Shown here: positions 13,829-25,409 of the stretch, piece by piece | Position numbering within the stretch: the stretch's first letter is position 1 | How the letters are laid out: every line of letters starts with the position of its first letter | Source of the DNA: Lama glama | Taxonomy: Eukaryota | Reading direction: 5' to 3' | DNA: 64,000 nt | Assembly: GCA_028534125.1 (NCBI GenBank) | Contig: CM052817.1 | Span: forward strand, 94,118,001 to 94,182,000 | Notes under the pieces: model-generated | What the model saw: the letters and a program-made list of their open reading frames with translations, nothing else | What the model was told of the DNA's origin: nothing | The model's database searches: none | Made by a program: the position numbers and the translations under genes

Positions 13829-14587
13829 CGTGCCCTCCAGGCCTGGGCTCAAAGCTCTGCCTCTTGCCTTGAAGCACCAACAAGTCTGCTCGTGCCAGGC
13901 CTCTCCCGGGTTTTCCCACTTTGGTTCCCCGTGTAACAGCGGGCCAGCCTGCACACCGCAGCCTCGAGCTCCCCACAGCCTCTCCCTCACACTGCACCAT
14001 CAGAGACACCACACGCTACATGAAGCCGCCTGGGAGGTGTGGGCTGGGCCCCTGACCAGGCTCGTCTGCCTTCTCCACAGCTCCTGGAGTTCTAGAAAAG
14101 AAAACTTCTTCATATCATTTCACTATCATAAAGTGTAGTCCAGGGGTTTAGGGTGTCACTTAGATGTGCCCCTACAGGGCTCTGTCACTCTCAACACAGC
14201 AGAGCAGCAAGATCTAGGTGTAACAGTTAAAAGGCAGAAAGAGAAGGACGTCTGGGCCTTTCCTTTGACTCAGCATTGGCTTGACCAGATCAAGGGGCTG
14301 GGCCTCAGCTTTCCTTACAATAAACTCTCGGCGTGACCAGGAAGGTATAATTGTGACACTGGATGGCTAATCCAAGGGCCCTACTAAATCTGGAGTGTGA
14401 GATATAATTGCCAAATATACTGAGATGCTCAGGTCACCTCTAAAGAAAATTTCTCTTTTTTTCCCTCTCTAAATAAAATGTATTGAGATAGGGCAAACAA
14501 TGATATGATGTAGGTTAGTAATAAGTATCAAATCAGGGTCATTGCAGGTAGCACACCCTGGTCATGGAGATCAAAATCATGAGCTCC

Positions 14588-15362
14588 CAAAAGCGAAGCC
14601 TCCTACACTGTTGGTGGGAATGTAAATTGGTGCAGCCACTATGGGGGACAGCATGGAGGTTCCTTAAAAAACTAAAAATAATGTTACTACATGATCCAAC
14701 AATTCCATTCCTGGGTATATATCCAGAAAACACTCTAATTCAAAAAGATACATGCACCCCAATGTTCATAGCACTATATACAATAGCCAAGACATGGAAA
14801 CAACCTAACTGTCCATCGACAGATGACTGGATAAAGAAGTTATGGTATGTATATACAATGGAACACTACTCAGCCATAAAAAAGAATGAAATAATGCCAC
14901 TTGCAGCAACATGGATGGACATGGAGATTGTCATACTAAGTGAAGTAAGTCAGAGAAAGACAAATACAATATGATATCACTCATGCGTAAAACCTAAAAA
15001 GAAGACACAAATGAACTTATTTACAACACAGAAACAGACTCACAGACATAGAGAACAAACTTATGGTGACCTGTGGGGAAAGAGGGTGGGAAGGGGTAAA
15101 TCGGGAGTTTGATATTTGGAGATACTAACTGCTATATATAAACTAGATAAACAGGAAGTTTATACTGTATAGCACAGGGAACTATATTCAATATCTTACA
15201 GTAGCCTCTAATGATAAAAATATGAAAAGGAATATATGTATGTCTATGTATGACTGAAACATTATGCTGTACACCAGAAACTGACACAACACGTAAATGG
15301 ACTATACTTCAATAAACTGAAAACATGATCCAAAGAAAGAAAACAAAAAAACCAAAAAAGAA
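14588..15362 (+). mobile_element. 5'-truncated LINE-1 inserted into a MIR
   Basis: ORF2 Cys-rich C-terminus ([15 protein letters not shown]...EIVILSEVSQ), 3' UTR, AATAAA and A-rich tail. TSD core ATGAGCTCC at 14579-14587 and 15368-15376. Confidence 0.93.
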
Positions 15363-15367
15363 CAAGT

Positions 15368-15555
15368 ATGAGCTCCAGAGGCAGACAGACCGGGTTGGAA
15401 TCATCACTCTAGCACTTACTGGGCGTATAACTTTGGACACGTTCCACAGCCTCGGTTTCATCATCTGTAAAATGAAAATAATAATGCTTAAGTCATGGGA
15501 TTATTATAAGAATTACATGAGCTAATCATGTCAAGGGTTCAGCATAGTGCCTGAT
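15368..15555 (+). mobile_element. MIR SINE (its head lies left of the L1, near 14560-14587)
   Basis: gcacttactggg...agcctcggtttcatcatctgtaaaatg...agcatagtgcctg. Confidence 0.75.
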
Positions 15556-15759
15556 TAATCCTCCTAGACATTGTTACCCATTTAAAAGGGCCATCTCCCC
15601 AGGCTAAGTGGTTGGGGGTTGGGGGGTGGCTAGCTGTTGTCAGGAGTTGTGTTTGGTTGTTGACAACAGGAGCTTGGAATTATGATATAAACAAAACAGA
15701 AGATATATTCTCTCACTCTCCCCACCCCCCCCCGCCCCTCCCTCTCCAAGAAACAGTGG

Positions 15760-16110
15760 GTGGCCCAGGGCAAGCATGGCAGTTCATAGTCATCAGGAAC
15801 TCAGGCTCCTTACTCCTCTCCTCTGCTCAGTCCTCCTTATTATGTTGTTCCCTTCCTTAAGGTCACTTCACAGTACAAGAGGGAGCCCAGCCATTACGCC
15901 AGAATCAGAGACAGCTGTCTGTCTCCTTTAAGGAATCTTTTCAGAGTCAACTAACGACTTCTGTTCCCACTTCATTAGCCAGAATGTAGTCGGATGGCCG
16001 CACCTAGCTGCAGAGTGGGCCGGGAAAGGTAGTTTCGCAGCTGGGCCCCTTGCTTTTCCAAATCCAATTAGAATTCTCTTTGAGGATATAGAAGAGAATG
16101 GATTTCAATA
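15760..16110. mobile_element. Old MaLR LTR (MLT1J/K-like)
   Basis: gtcatcaggaactcaggctcctt...cattagccagaatgtagtc...cctagctgcagagtgggccgggaaaggtagttt. Confidence 0.6.
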
Positions 16111-16719
16111 AGCAGCTCTGGTCTCTGGAACAAGAACCCCTGTTCTTCTCCAATTTAATCTTCACACAGGCTTAGAGTTGGAAAGGACCTGGGGCTCTGA
16201 GGTCCATAGAGAAAGAAGGGTCTCTCAGAGAGGCCAAGAGAGTGCTGAATCCAGGAGACTGGCCAGGATCACCCTGGTCTAACAACCAAGGCAATTTCTG
16301 GGGACAGAAGAGGACAAGCTCTCAGGTGAAATGAAGGCCCTCATCGTTTTAGAGACTAGAGACTTGAATGAGTCTCAGGATCACTGCCCATTATAGAACA
16401 GTGCTTTTTCAATCCCTGAAAGACAGATAATGTAAAAATAACCCTGGACACGGAAACCTGGGTCTGAGGTCTGGCTCTATTGCTCCCTCAGTGTGGGGCT
16501 TTGAACAAGTCACTCTCCTCCTGGAGAGAGAAGCAGGGAAAGGAAGCTACATGCATATAGTGTCTATTATAAAGAAGCTTAATACTCCATATCATTCTGT
16601 CCTAACCATGGTGATGCAGATGTGCTTAACTCAGGGTACAGGAGAATCAACTGAGGATCAGAGAAGGTCTAAAATTCCTCAGTTGGTCTAGACCCTTAGG
16701 CAGACCTCTGGCCCCAACA

Positions 16720-17117
16720 CTCCAGCCATATGGAAACCTCTGCAGTTCTTCAAATGTTCCACCCCATCTCTCCTCCTTACCTTTGCATGTACCACCCCCC
16801 CCTACTTGGGACACTTTTCCACCTCTTCATCTGGTTAGCCCCACCTCATCCTCCAAATCTCAACTGAAAATTCCATTCTCTCAACGAGGCTGTTCCCCAA
16901 ACCAGACTAGGTTATGTTTCCTGGCTATACTTCTTCCTTCCTTGACTACTTCTCTTGTCATAGTGCTTACCACTGGAAATGTTTTGTTTAATGACTGCCT
17001 CCCTCTCTGGAACAAGAACCAACCCCTCTTTACTGCTGTGGTCCTCGCTTCCAACAAAAAGCCCAGCCTATCTCAGGCACCTGAGAAACATTTATAAGAA
17101 TGCGTGAATTGTTGAAT
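16720..17117 (+). mobile_element. LINE-2 3' region
   Basis: ctccagccata...cctttgcatgtacc...cctcatcctccaaatctcaactga...aaacatttataagaatgcgtgaat. Confidence 0.6.
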
Positions 17118-17166
17118 TTGATGGCAGAAGTCTTTATTTATTGACATTACTGATTGATTGAAGTCC

Positions 17167-17205
<39 letters not shown>
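17167..17205. repeat. (CTAT)n tetranucleotide microsatellite, about 9-10 units
   Basis: Directly visible. Confidence 0.95.
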
Positions 17206-17246
17206 CTTATTTATTTTCCATTTTAGAAAATACTGTTCCACATTTT

Positions 17247-17463
17247 TTAACATTTTTTATTGATTTATAATCATTTTACAATGTTGTGTCAAATTTCAGT
17301 GTTCAGCACAATTTTTCAGTCATTCATGGACATATACACACTCATTGTCACATTTTTTTCTCTGTGAGTTATCATAACATTTTGTGTATATTTCCCTGTG
17401 CTATACAGTGTAATCTTGTTTATCTATTCTACAATTTTAAAATCCCAGTCTATCCAGGGATAG
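17247..17463 (-). mobile_element. Short young LINE-1 3' end with perfect 15-bp TSD and a micro 5' inversion
   Basis: TSD ACTGTTCCACATTTT at 17232-17246 and 17464-17478; L1 3' UTR variant ttgatttataatcattttacaatg. Confidence 0.9.
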
Positions 17464-18687
17464 ACTGTTCCACATTTTAAAACTGTCCTCCTTACCTGGG
17501 ATTCAAGGCTCTTCAGAATCTTTCCAGCCTTCTTTACCAATGGAACCTATTCTCACCTTCCTGCATCTGGGCCATGAGGATAATTATCCTCTCCATCTGG
17601 GACATGAGATTCTGGCCTCTTATCTGCCCAAAACCTAACCACCCATCAAAGCCCAGCTTAGATTCAGCCTCCTCCATGGAGCCCACTCTGCCTCTACAGT
17701 TAACACGAATTTCTCCCTTCCCTGAACACTTCTCAGAGCCCTAAGAGCCTGTACTGGTAATTTTGTGCGTGGTGTTCATGGCCTTCTTGTTTAACAGTTG
17801 CATTTTTCAAGCATTCACCACTATTTTCTCCTGGGTTTTCCTACTTACTTCCTTTCCGTGCATCATCTAAGCACATAGTTAGACCTGAGCTCTGGTCACA
17901 GGGAAGGAAGCAGGAAAAAAAGAAATTTCTGTGTCTTATGTCCCATCAGTGAAATTTCCAGAGTGATTTTAAAAATGAGGTCCGAGAGAGGAAGAAACTA
18001 ACAAAAGATTCCCCCGAGCTTAGGGGAGAGGAGTAAGGAAGGCAAGGTGCTAAGCCAAGAGACAGCAGTGGATCCCAAGGTATTTCTCCACCTGTTTTAG
18101 AGCAGAAGCCTTGCGGGGGGCGTGGTGGGGTGAGACCTCTGAGAGCTGTGCAGCCTGAAAGCAACAGGCACCTGCAGGATGCTTACTGGACAGAGCTCCA
18201 GGGAGACTTAAGACCCCAGAGGAGCTCTCTGCACGGTGTCTGAGCAGATCAAGACCCAAACATCACAAATATTCTTAACCTCAGCTTGGCAAGAAGGAAA
18301 TCGAATAATTCCTCAGCCTTCCAGGGATAGCAGGAGAGTATAAAAGAGATTTACAGGACCTAAAGGGACCAGGCAGAACTTTTAGAAATGAAGGACATCT
18401 TAGTGGCAATCTCTATGCAAAAGCAACTAGACTGGAGGATGTCGCATGGACAAACCATTCAAGGACCAGATGGACCCTTTCCCAATACCTTGGCACTAGC
18501 TATACCTTCTAAAGTTTAGATGACTTGGAGATTCACCGTACTAGATCATAAGCTTCTTGATGGCAGAGCTATCATAAAACTTCATAAAATTTCTTTTTAG
18601 TATCTCTTCACTCACTGGTGTCTCTTACAAGAAAGGTAAATGAGTAAGTGAATAAATCGTGTTCCCTAGAAGAAAATTCCTGTTCTT

Positions 18688-19038
18688 TTTTTCCCCCTAT
18701 TTTTTTAAATTGAAGTACAGTCGATTTATAATGTTCTGTTAATTTCTGATACACAGCATAGTGATTCAGTTATACATATATGGATATTCCTTTTCATATT
18801 ATTTCCCATTATAGGCAATTACAAGGTATTGAATATAGTTCCCTGTGCTATATACAGTAGAACCTTGTTGTTTATCCAGTTTCATGATGATTTTCCTTGT
18901 AGCTCCACTTGTACAAGATCCACTGAATTTCAGTATGTATTCTGTGAGAACTGTCCCACTGGTAGGTGTATTTTTGATGTATCTGCGGGAAAAGGTGAGC
19001 TCCACATCCTTCTATTCTACCATCCTGAAGGCCCTCCC
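18688..19038 (-). mobile_element. Internally deleted (probably spliced) LINE-1: 5' terminus fused to 3' UTR
   Basis: Minus strand begins GGGAGGGCCTTCAGGATGG...GTGGAGCTCACCTT...ATACATCAAAAATACA (L1 5' end) and joins ATAAACAACAAGG...(3' UTR)...poly-A. 17-bp TSD with 2 mismatches at 18671-18687 and 19039-19055. Confidence 0.85.
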
Positions 19039-20243
19039 AGGAAATTCCTATTCTTAAGCTGGAGTTTCAAAGAGATACATTCCTCTAAGCCCACCAACGA
19101 TACTCAGAAGTCCAGGTTACTGCACATGGAAGAGAGGAACTTGGGGAAAAAATCTACATTATCCTACTGCAGAGATAAAGGGATGTCAGCACTGAGAAGT
19201 CCCACGGCTTGCTCTATGAGCAGGGGCTGGTGAAGAGGGATCTGGGGCCACCTCATCACAGCTGTGTCCTCGTTACGGACCACTGTGGCCATGGAGCTCT
19301 TTGCAGCGATGATCATCTCAGGTAGACCTCAGAACTCCTACTTCTCTTACAGGCACTAGAGGAAGGGATTAAGTGTTTTCATCAAATGTTCTCTGTCTTT
19401 CTATCCTGTTGGCAATGTATAAGTTTCTATCAATTGACTGAAACCTTTTATTTACATATCTAAGTGCAGGGATAAAAGAAAAGAGAAAAAATAAAGAAGG
19501 ATCTTTGTTGGAGATACATTAGTGCTTACGTTTAAATGACCTTAGTGAAAATGTTTAAAGGAAATCCTGAGAAAGTATGAGCAGGTTGTAAGTTTCATAC
19601 TCCACTACAATATTTGTGAAATAATTGCATGAAAATTCTTAAGGTATGAAATAAGAGAATAAAACATTGACTAGAAGGCAGTGCCATTATTGGAAATCAT
19701 GACTAGTGTCCAGATTTTAAACATCTCAACTTCATTTTTATTGACTCAACATGGCTCACAATTACAATAAGATAATAACCATGGTTTTTGTTTTGGCCTT
19801 TGCTCATTGCCAGTGTCAACTTTTTGTCATGCAACTAACAATCTGAAGATCATTAAGCCCTTATCCAGGAATTCAGGGATGTAACCATTTCCAGATAAAT
19901 ATGTCATTGTTTTTCATTGAGGAAATCTCTGGATGTCACATTCTCATAAAAAGAAAGAAAAGAAAAGAGAACATATAATGAAATCTATGGCTAAATCATT
20001 AGTTATAATTTGTGCAAAAGAATTTTTTACAATGAACATAGGTAGACATTGGTTTCTGGAAACCATACTTTTTAAACCAGGGGGGTTTGGAAGTCAGAGG
20101 CAAAAGCACTGACGGTGTAGGTATCCCCATCCCAGCAAAACACAATTGGAGTCTCCTGTGCTTGCACCCGGGCTTCTAGTTGCTATGTAGATTTGGCATC
20201 TCCTTTACTCTCATGCTTCCTGAACTTGGCTCTTTGTAGACTT

Positions 20244-20970
20244 TTTAAAATACATATTTTTATTGAAATATAGTCAATTTACAATGCTGTGTCAATTTCT
20301 GGTGTACAGCACAATATTTCAGTCACATAGGAACATATATATATTCGTTTTCATATTCTCTTTCACCATAAGTTACTACAAGATATTGAATATAGTTCCC
20401 TGTGCTATACAGTATAAACTTATTTACCTATTTTTTATGTATTAATTAGTATCTGCAAATCTCAAACTCCTAATTTATCCCTTCCCGCTCCTTCCCTCCC
20501 AGTAACCATAAGTTTCTTTTCTACGTCTGTGAGTCTCTGTTTGTAAATAAGTTTGTCTGTCTTTTTTTTTTTTTAGATTCCACATATAAGTGATATTATA
20601 CGGTATTTTTTCTTTCTCTTTCTGGCTTACTTCACTTAGAATGATGATCTCCAGGTCCATCCATGTTGCTGCAAATGGCATTATTTTATTAATTTTTATG
20701 GCTGAGTAGTATTCCACTGTGTAAATATACCACGACTTCTTTATCTAGTCATCTGTCAATGGACATTTAGATTGTTTCCACACCTTGGCTATTGTAAACA
20801 GTGCCACTATGAATATTAGGGTGCAGCTTTTTGAATTAAGGTTCCCTCTGGATATATGCCCAGGAGTAGGACTACTGGATCATATGGTAAGTCTATTTTT
20901 AGTTTTTTGAGGGCTCTCCATACTGTTTTCCATAATGGCTGCACCAAACTACATTCCCACCAGCAGTGTA
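20244..20970 (-). mobile_element. 5'-truncated LINE-1
   Basis: ORF2 end MEYYSAIKINKIMPFAATWMDLEIIILSEVSQ; TSD GGCTCTT(T/A)GTAGA at 20228 and 20971. Confidence 0.93.
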
Positions 20971-21489
20971 GGCTCTTAGTAGATTTATCAGTTTCGCAGT
21001 ACCCTGGTCTTCAGTGGCTTTGTCTATGGTGCTGCCTGGATCAGCATTTTCATCAAGCAACTTGGAGGAAGGCGGAGGTAAAGGAGAGGGTGGCTCCCTG
21101 GTGATCAAGTCAGTGATGCCAGTGAAGTAGCAAAGGTCATTCACTCTTGTAGACAAGAGCAGTTCTAGGCTGAGTCCTCTATCAGGATAACTGGGTTTTC
21201 CAACCTGCCCTCTTGTCTCACTGAAATTTGTATCTGCAATTGTCCCGAGTACCAATTATTCCATTTGCTTTGTGATTCAGCTTTGTCCCTGGCTACAGAT
21301 TTCTGAAACCCCCTACAACTCATCTCAGTGCCTCTCACAAGAATATCTGTTACCGGGTCAGCTCTCTGACTATAGTCCTGCCTTCTAGATATTGGTGAAC
21401 ATCTGATACTCAACTGAGACTCCAGTCACTGACTGAGTATCCCCCCAGACTGGATTTCAGACAAGTCTAATCATGCTAAGGTACAATAT

Positions 21490-21925
21490 AGCAAAGTTTT
21501 CAAATCTGTAGATGTCACGAAGCCAGGAGAGATGGCGAATGTGATGGATACTTTTAAAAGCTCTGAGAGCTTGGGAGCCTGGTTCAAGAGGAACAAAATG
21601 AGATTTTAAACAGCCATGCATTTGAGTTCCAAATACCATTTCATAAATATAGATGATGGAAAAAACGGCTGGACTATTTTAGGTGAAAAGACCGGGGTGA
21701 TTTTGTTGATCATAAGCTCAGTGTGATGTGACTTAGCTGCTCTAAAAGCTAATCCTCTTGTGGGCTGCATTAATAGGATTGTGTCCAAATCACGCAAGGC
21801 AATAATCTCCACAGACTCACCTTCAACTGGTCAGGCAACAGCTGACTACTCCGTTGTGACCTCCATTCTACAAGGGGGTTATTAACAACCACAGACAGTT
21901 TCTGGGGAAGCAGACCAGGATGGCG
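21490..21925 (+). mobile_element. Ancient CR1/L3 LINE fragment (RT region)
   Basis: aaatctgtagatgtcacgaagccagg (decayed FADDTKLG motif) and aaaagctaatcctcttgtgggctgcattaatagga...gaccaggatgg, typical of L3. Confidence 0.6.
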
Positions 21926-21989
21926 AGATCGGGGCTTTCCACTGCACAGGGAATTGTTGGGCCAACTGTTTATCTTGAGTGGCTCTATA

Positions 21990-22560
21990 TCAATTAAAAT
22001 TCCTCTGGTTCAACAGAAAGCTCGGCTAGCTTAGGCAAGAGGGGGGTCAGGAAATGTAATGATATAGACAAGGCTGCCATTCCGATGAGATGCATAGGTA
22101 TGGCTGAAAGAGTTGTTTATCTCTCGCATCTGCTCTGATTCATTGGTTCCCATAGAGTACTGGCTTTAAATATTTTGAATATCACCCCTGGAAACAGGAG
22201 TGCCTCATAGAATCTAAGGCTAGGAATACAGCTGAGCTTTAGGAAGGGCTAGAGCCAGGAAATGGAATGTCACTGGGAAGGCTGGCAGTATCGGCTCTCT
22301 GCTCCTCCCCTCTGGGGCGTCTTCTTTGTCTGTACAAGACAGCTTTCTCCAGTCCCTCATCCACTTGCCAGAAACTGGCTTTCTCTTGATCTCAGCTCCA
22401 AGTTCCCAACAAAACTTGGCTTGGCATGGGTCAAATGTCTACCCCACCCCTATCAAGTGCAGCCAAATGGATGGAGGACATTAGACAAACATGGCTGCTA
22501 GAAACGCACCCCTATGGAATGGGATGGGATCATAAATGAGACATTCTGTGGCAGGCTAAT
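21990..22560. mobile_element. Old MaLR LTR (MLT1K-like) with a probable nested hAT fragment (~22070-22190)
   Basis: tatcaattaaaattcctctggttcaacagaaagctcggctagcttaggcaa...; the nested piece ends tgaatatcacccctg. Confidence 0.45.
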
Positions 22561-23400
22561 ACCCCAAAAGTTTTGTATCACTTTCTTAATTTCCTTTGAC
22601 TTTCTTATGAGTAATCCCCTTTGAAAACTTGGAGAAACATATTTTCCTCTATACAGAAACACACATGATTTTTGTTTATGCTTTCAAGAGATTCCTAGAA
22701 TCTTGGAATATATCCATGAATTACAAAATAAGTTACCCTGGCCTAGAGATGAAATACTTAAGGGAGAAAATATGACTATCTTCCTCCAAATAGCTGAAGA
22801 ATTGTTGGGGAAAAGGATTAAAAATATGTAAACATATGCACAGTAAAAAGATTAGAATACTATATAAAAATGAAAATGTGGTTCCCTTTGGAGGTAGTGT
22901 AATGGGTGATTCTTTTATGTGTATTTCCCAATTATCCTACCAGGAACATATATAGTCAGTTTTATAATCAGATAAAAAATTTTTAAAAAGGAAAGTAATT
23001 AAAATGTAAAATGCTTCAGAGTTTAGAACAGTGGATAAAATTGATAAGAATACAGATTTTGACTAAATGGCACTGGCTGCCTTAGGAGTAATCACAATGT
23101 CCTTGAATCTATCTTGCCTTCCTATATCTCTTCTCAAAACAGAAACCCGTTGCGTTAAAACATAAGTCAGAGTATGTCTCTCTGATCAGAACCCAGCAAT
23201 GGCTCCCCAGGCCACTCCGAGCAAGAGCCCAAATCCCAGCATTTGCCTGTAAGGCTCCATATGACCTGGCCCCTGTGGTGCCCCCACCTCATCTCCTACA
23301 ACTGCTCCTCCAGCTCATTCTGATTCCTCCATTCCTTAAATTTCATCACCCCCTTAAGTCTCTGCAAACGGTATGTTCTCAGTGAGGCCCATTCTGTTTT

Positions 23401-23837
23401 TTATTTCTTTTAAATTAAATTAAAAATTTTTATTGAAGTATAGTCAATGTACAATGTTATGTTAATTTCTGGTGTACAGCACAGTGACTCAGTTGATACA
23501 CTTATATTCCTTTCCATATTCTTTTTCATTGTAGGCCATTACAAGGTATTGAATATGGTTCCCAGTGCTATAATGGCTATAATGTAGGGCCATGTTCTTT
23601 ATCTATTTTATATACAGTAGTTAGTGTTTTTAAATCCCGTACTCCCAATTTATCCCTCCCCATCCTCTTTCCCCCAGTAACCATAAGTTTGTTTTCTGTG
23701 TCTGTGAGTCTGTCTCTGTTTTGTAAGTAAGTTTATTTGTGGGTTTTTTTTTCCTTTTTTTTTAGATTCCACATACAGGTGATATCATATGGTATTTTTC
23801 TGGCTTACTTCAGTCAGTATGAAGATCTCCAGGTACA
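23401..23837 (-). mobile_element. 5'-truncated LINE-1 3' end
   Basis: TSD CCCA(T/C)TCTGTTTT at 23388-23400 and 23838-23850. Confidence 0.9.
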
Positions 23838-23911
23838 CCCACTCTGTTTTAAATTGCATATCCCATCACCACTGTTACTCTCCATGGCCCTTACCCTACT
23901 CACTTTCTTTT

Positions 23912-24128
23912 AAAAAAAATTAATTAATCTATTTTTAATTGAAGTATGGTTGATTTAAAATTTTGTGTTAGTTTCAGGTGTACAGCATAGTGATTCAGAT
24001 GTATATATTCTTTTTCAGGTTTTCTTCCATTATAGGTTATTATAAGACACTGAAGATGTGGTGTGTGTATGTATATATATATATATATATACATACACAC
24101 ACACATGCAAACATACAAACACAATAGA
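23912..24128 (-). mobile_element. LINE-1 3' end with 5' inversion (twin priming)
   Basis: Perfect 17-bp TSD CCTACTCACTTTCTTTT at 23895-23911 and 24129-24145. Antisense 3' UTR runs to ~24054, then a sense-oriented gaagatgtgg(TG/TA/CA)n...cacaataga segment. Confidence 0.85.
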
Positions 24129-24229
24129 CCTACTCACTTTCTTTTTCTCATAGGACTATTGCCTTCTAAAATGTTTCTCCTCACTTGAATATAAGCTCCA
24201 TGAAGACAGAGGATTTTGTCTCTTCTATT

Positions 24230-24291
24230 TTTTTTATTGAAGTATAGTCAGTTTACAATGCTTTATCAATTTCTGGTGTACAGCATAATGT
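24230..24291 (-). mobile_element. ~60-bp LINE-1 3' tip
   Basis: TSD TCTTCTATT at 24221-24229 and 24292-24300. Confidence 0.85.
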
Positions 24292-25409
24292 TCTTCTATT
24301 GTTTTCTGCAATGATTTGCTTAATCATAAGCACCCAGAACAGTGCCTGCCTAATAGTGGACACTCATTAGACATTTGTTGGAGGAAGGGAGGGAAGGAAG
24401 GAGGGAAGGAGGGAAACAAGGTGAAGTGGTCAAGCAGAGCTAGAGTGGCTCTCTTCTAGAAGGAATTCCTGATATGGGGGAGAAGCGTGGACAACTCTGA
24501 AGTTTCACTACAAATCTAAGACTCTACATGGTAGGACTCTTCCCTTCTGCCACTAGAACCCAGGTTTTACTTACTGAGATGACTTGCCAAGTATCTTAGA
24601 CAGGAATCACTTTGATGCAAGGAAGAGAAACCACTCAGGTTACATTAAATAAAAAGGAAGGTTTTAATTTAACGCATGGAATCTCACGGATCGCAAGGAC
24701 AAGAACTCCAGGGTGGCCCCTTGAGAAGCTGAAACCAGGATTGTCTCTGCCTTTCTGGTACTTCATGAGATTTAATCTCACTTTCCCTCAGCAGACATCT
24801 CATTTCCCTTTACTGGAGCGCTACAAGACCTCCCAGCTCTAGCGCCCATCACTAATTCATTAAAGTCTCTGTCTCGAATCCAAATTCTTCAAGAGTGAAT
24901 CTGATTGGCTTGGCACAGCTGATCACTTGTTTTCCATTATGTCAAGTGGTACCATCAGCTGTCACCGGAGGCAAGAGCATCAGAGTGCAACCATGACCAA
25001 AGAATCCACCCTGGTGGGCTTGGGAAGGGAGGCAGTTTGCAGAGAAGAAGCACATGAGCTGAACAGCCAAATTGGCTAGCGTGCCAAGGCTCCACCCCAC
25101 TGGAATCTAACTGCATTAACATTCTGAACAATCTAATTTCATTTCCCCAGCAATTTCCTGTCTGGAAGAAGCTGCTGATTTCTTTGAAGCTAAAATAGGC
25201 ACATTTCTCACTTATAAAAATAATAAACAGCTTTCTGAGAAACTTCTGAGGAAAATTTTCTACCACCTGGAAAAGCACAGTAAGAGGATTCATCTCCTAG
25301 AATAAGAGTGGTAGAGACTTTCCCTTGAAACAGAGCTACAACATGTCACAGAAATTCTGCACCATGATCACAGATGTATATATGATTGCTTTTTTCTAAT
25401 AAATAAGCT

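Larger units (their letters stand above)
23130..24385 (+). mobile_element. LINE-2 interrupted by three younger L1 insertions
   Basis: aaaacataagtcaga...caatggctcccc...atgacctggcccc...gaatataagctccatgaagacag...agaacagtgcctg...acatttgttg. Confidence 0.75.

Noticed and set aside
14564..14974. 136-aa ORF with CWWEC motif, and similar ORFs at 5102, 20475 and 61301
   Set aside because: C-terminal remnants or antisense readings of truncated L1 ORF2, not host genes.
19330..20070. Possible decayed processed pseudogene
   Set aside because: No ORF, recognisable peptide, or poly-A/TSD pair that I could support.
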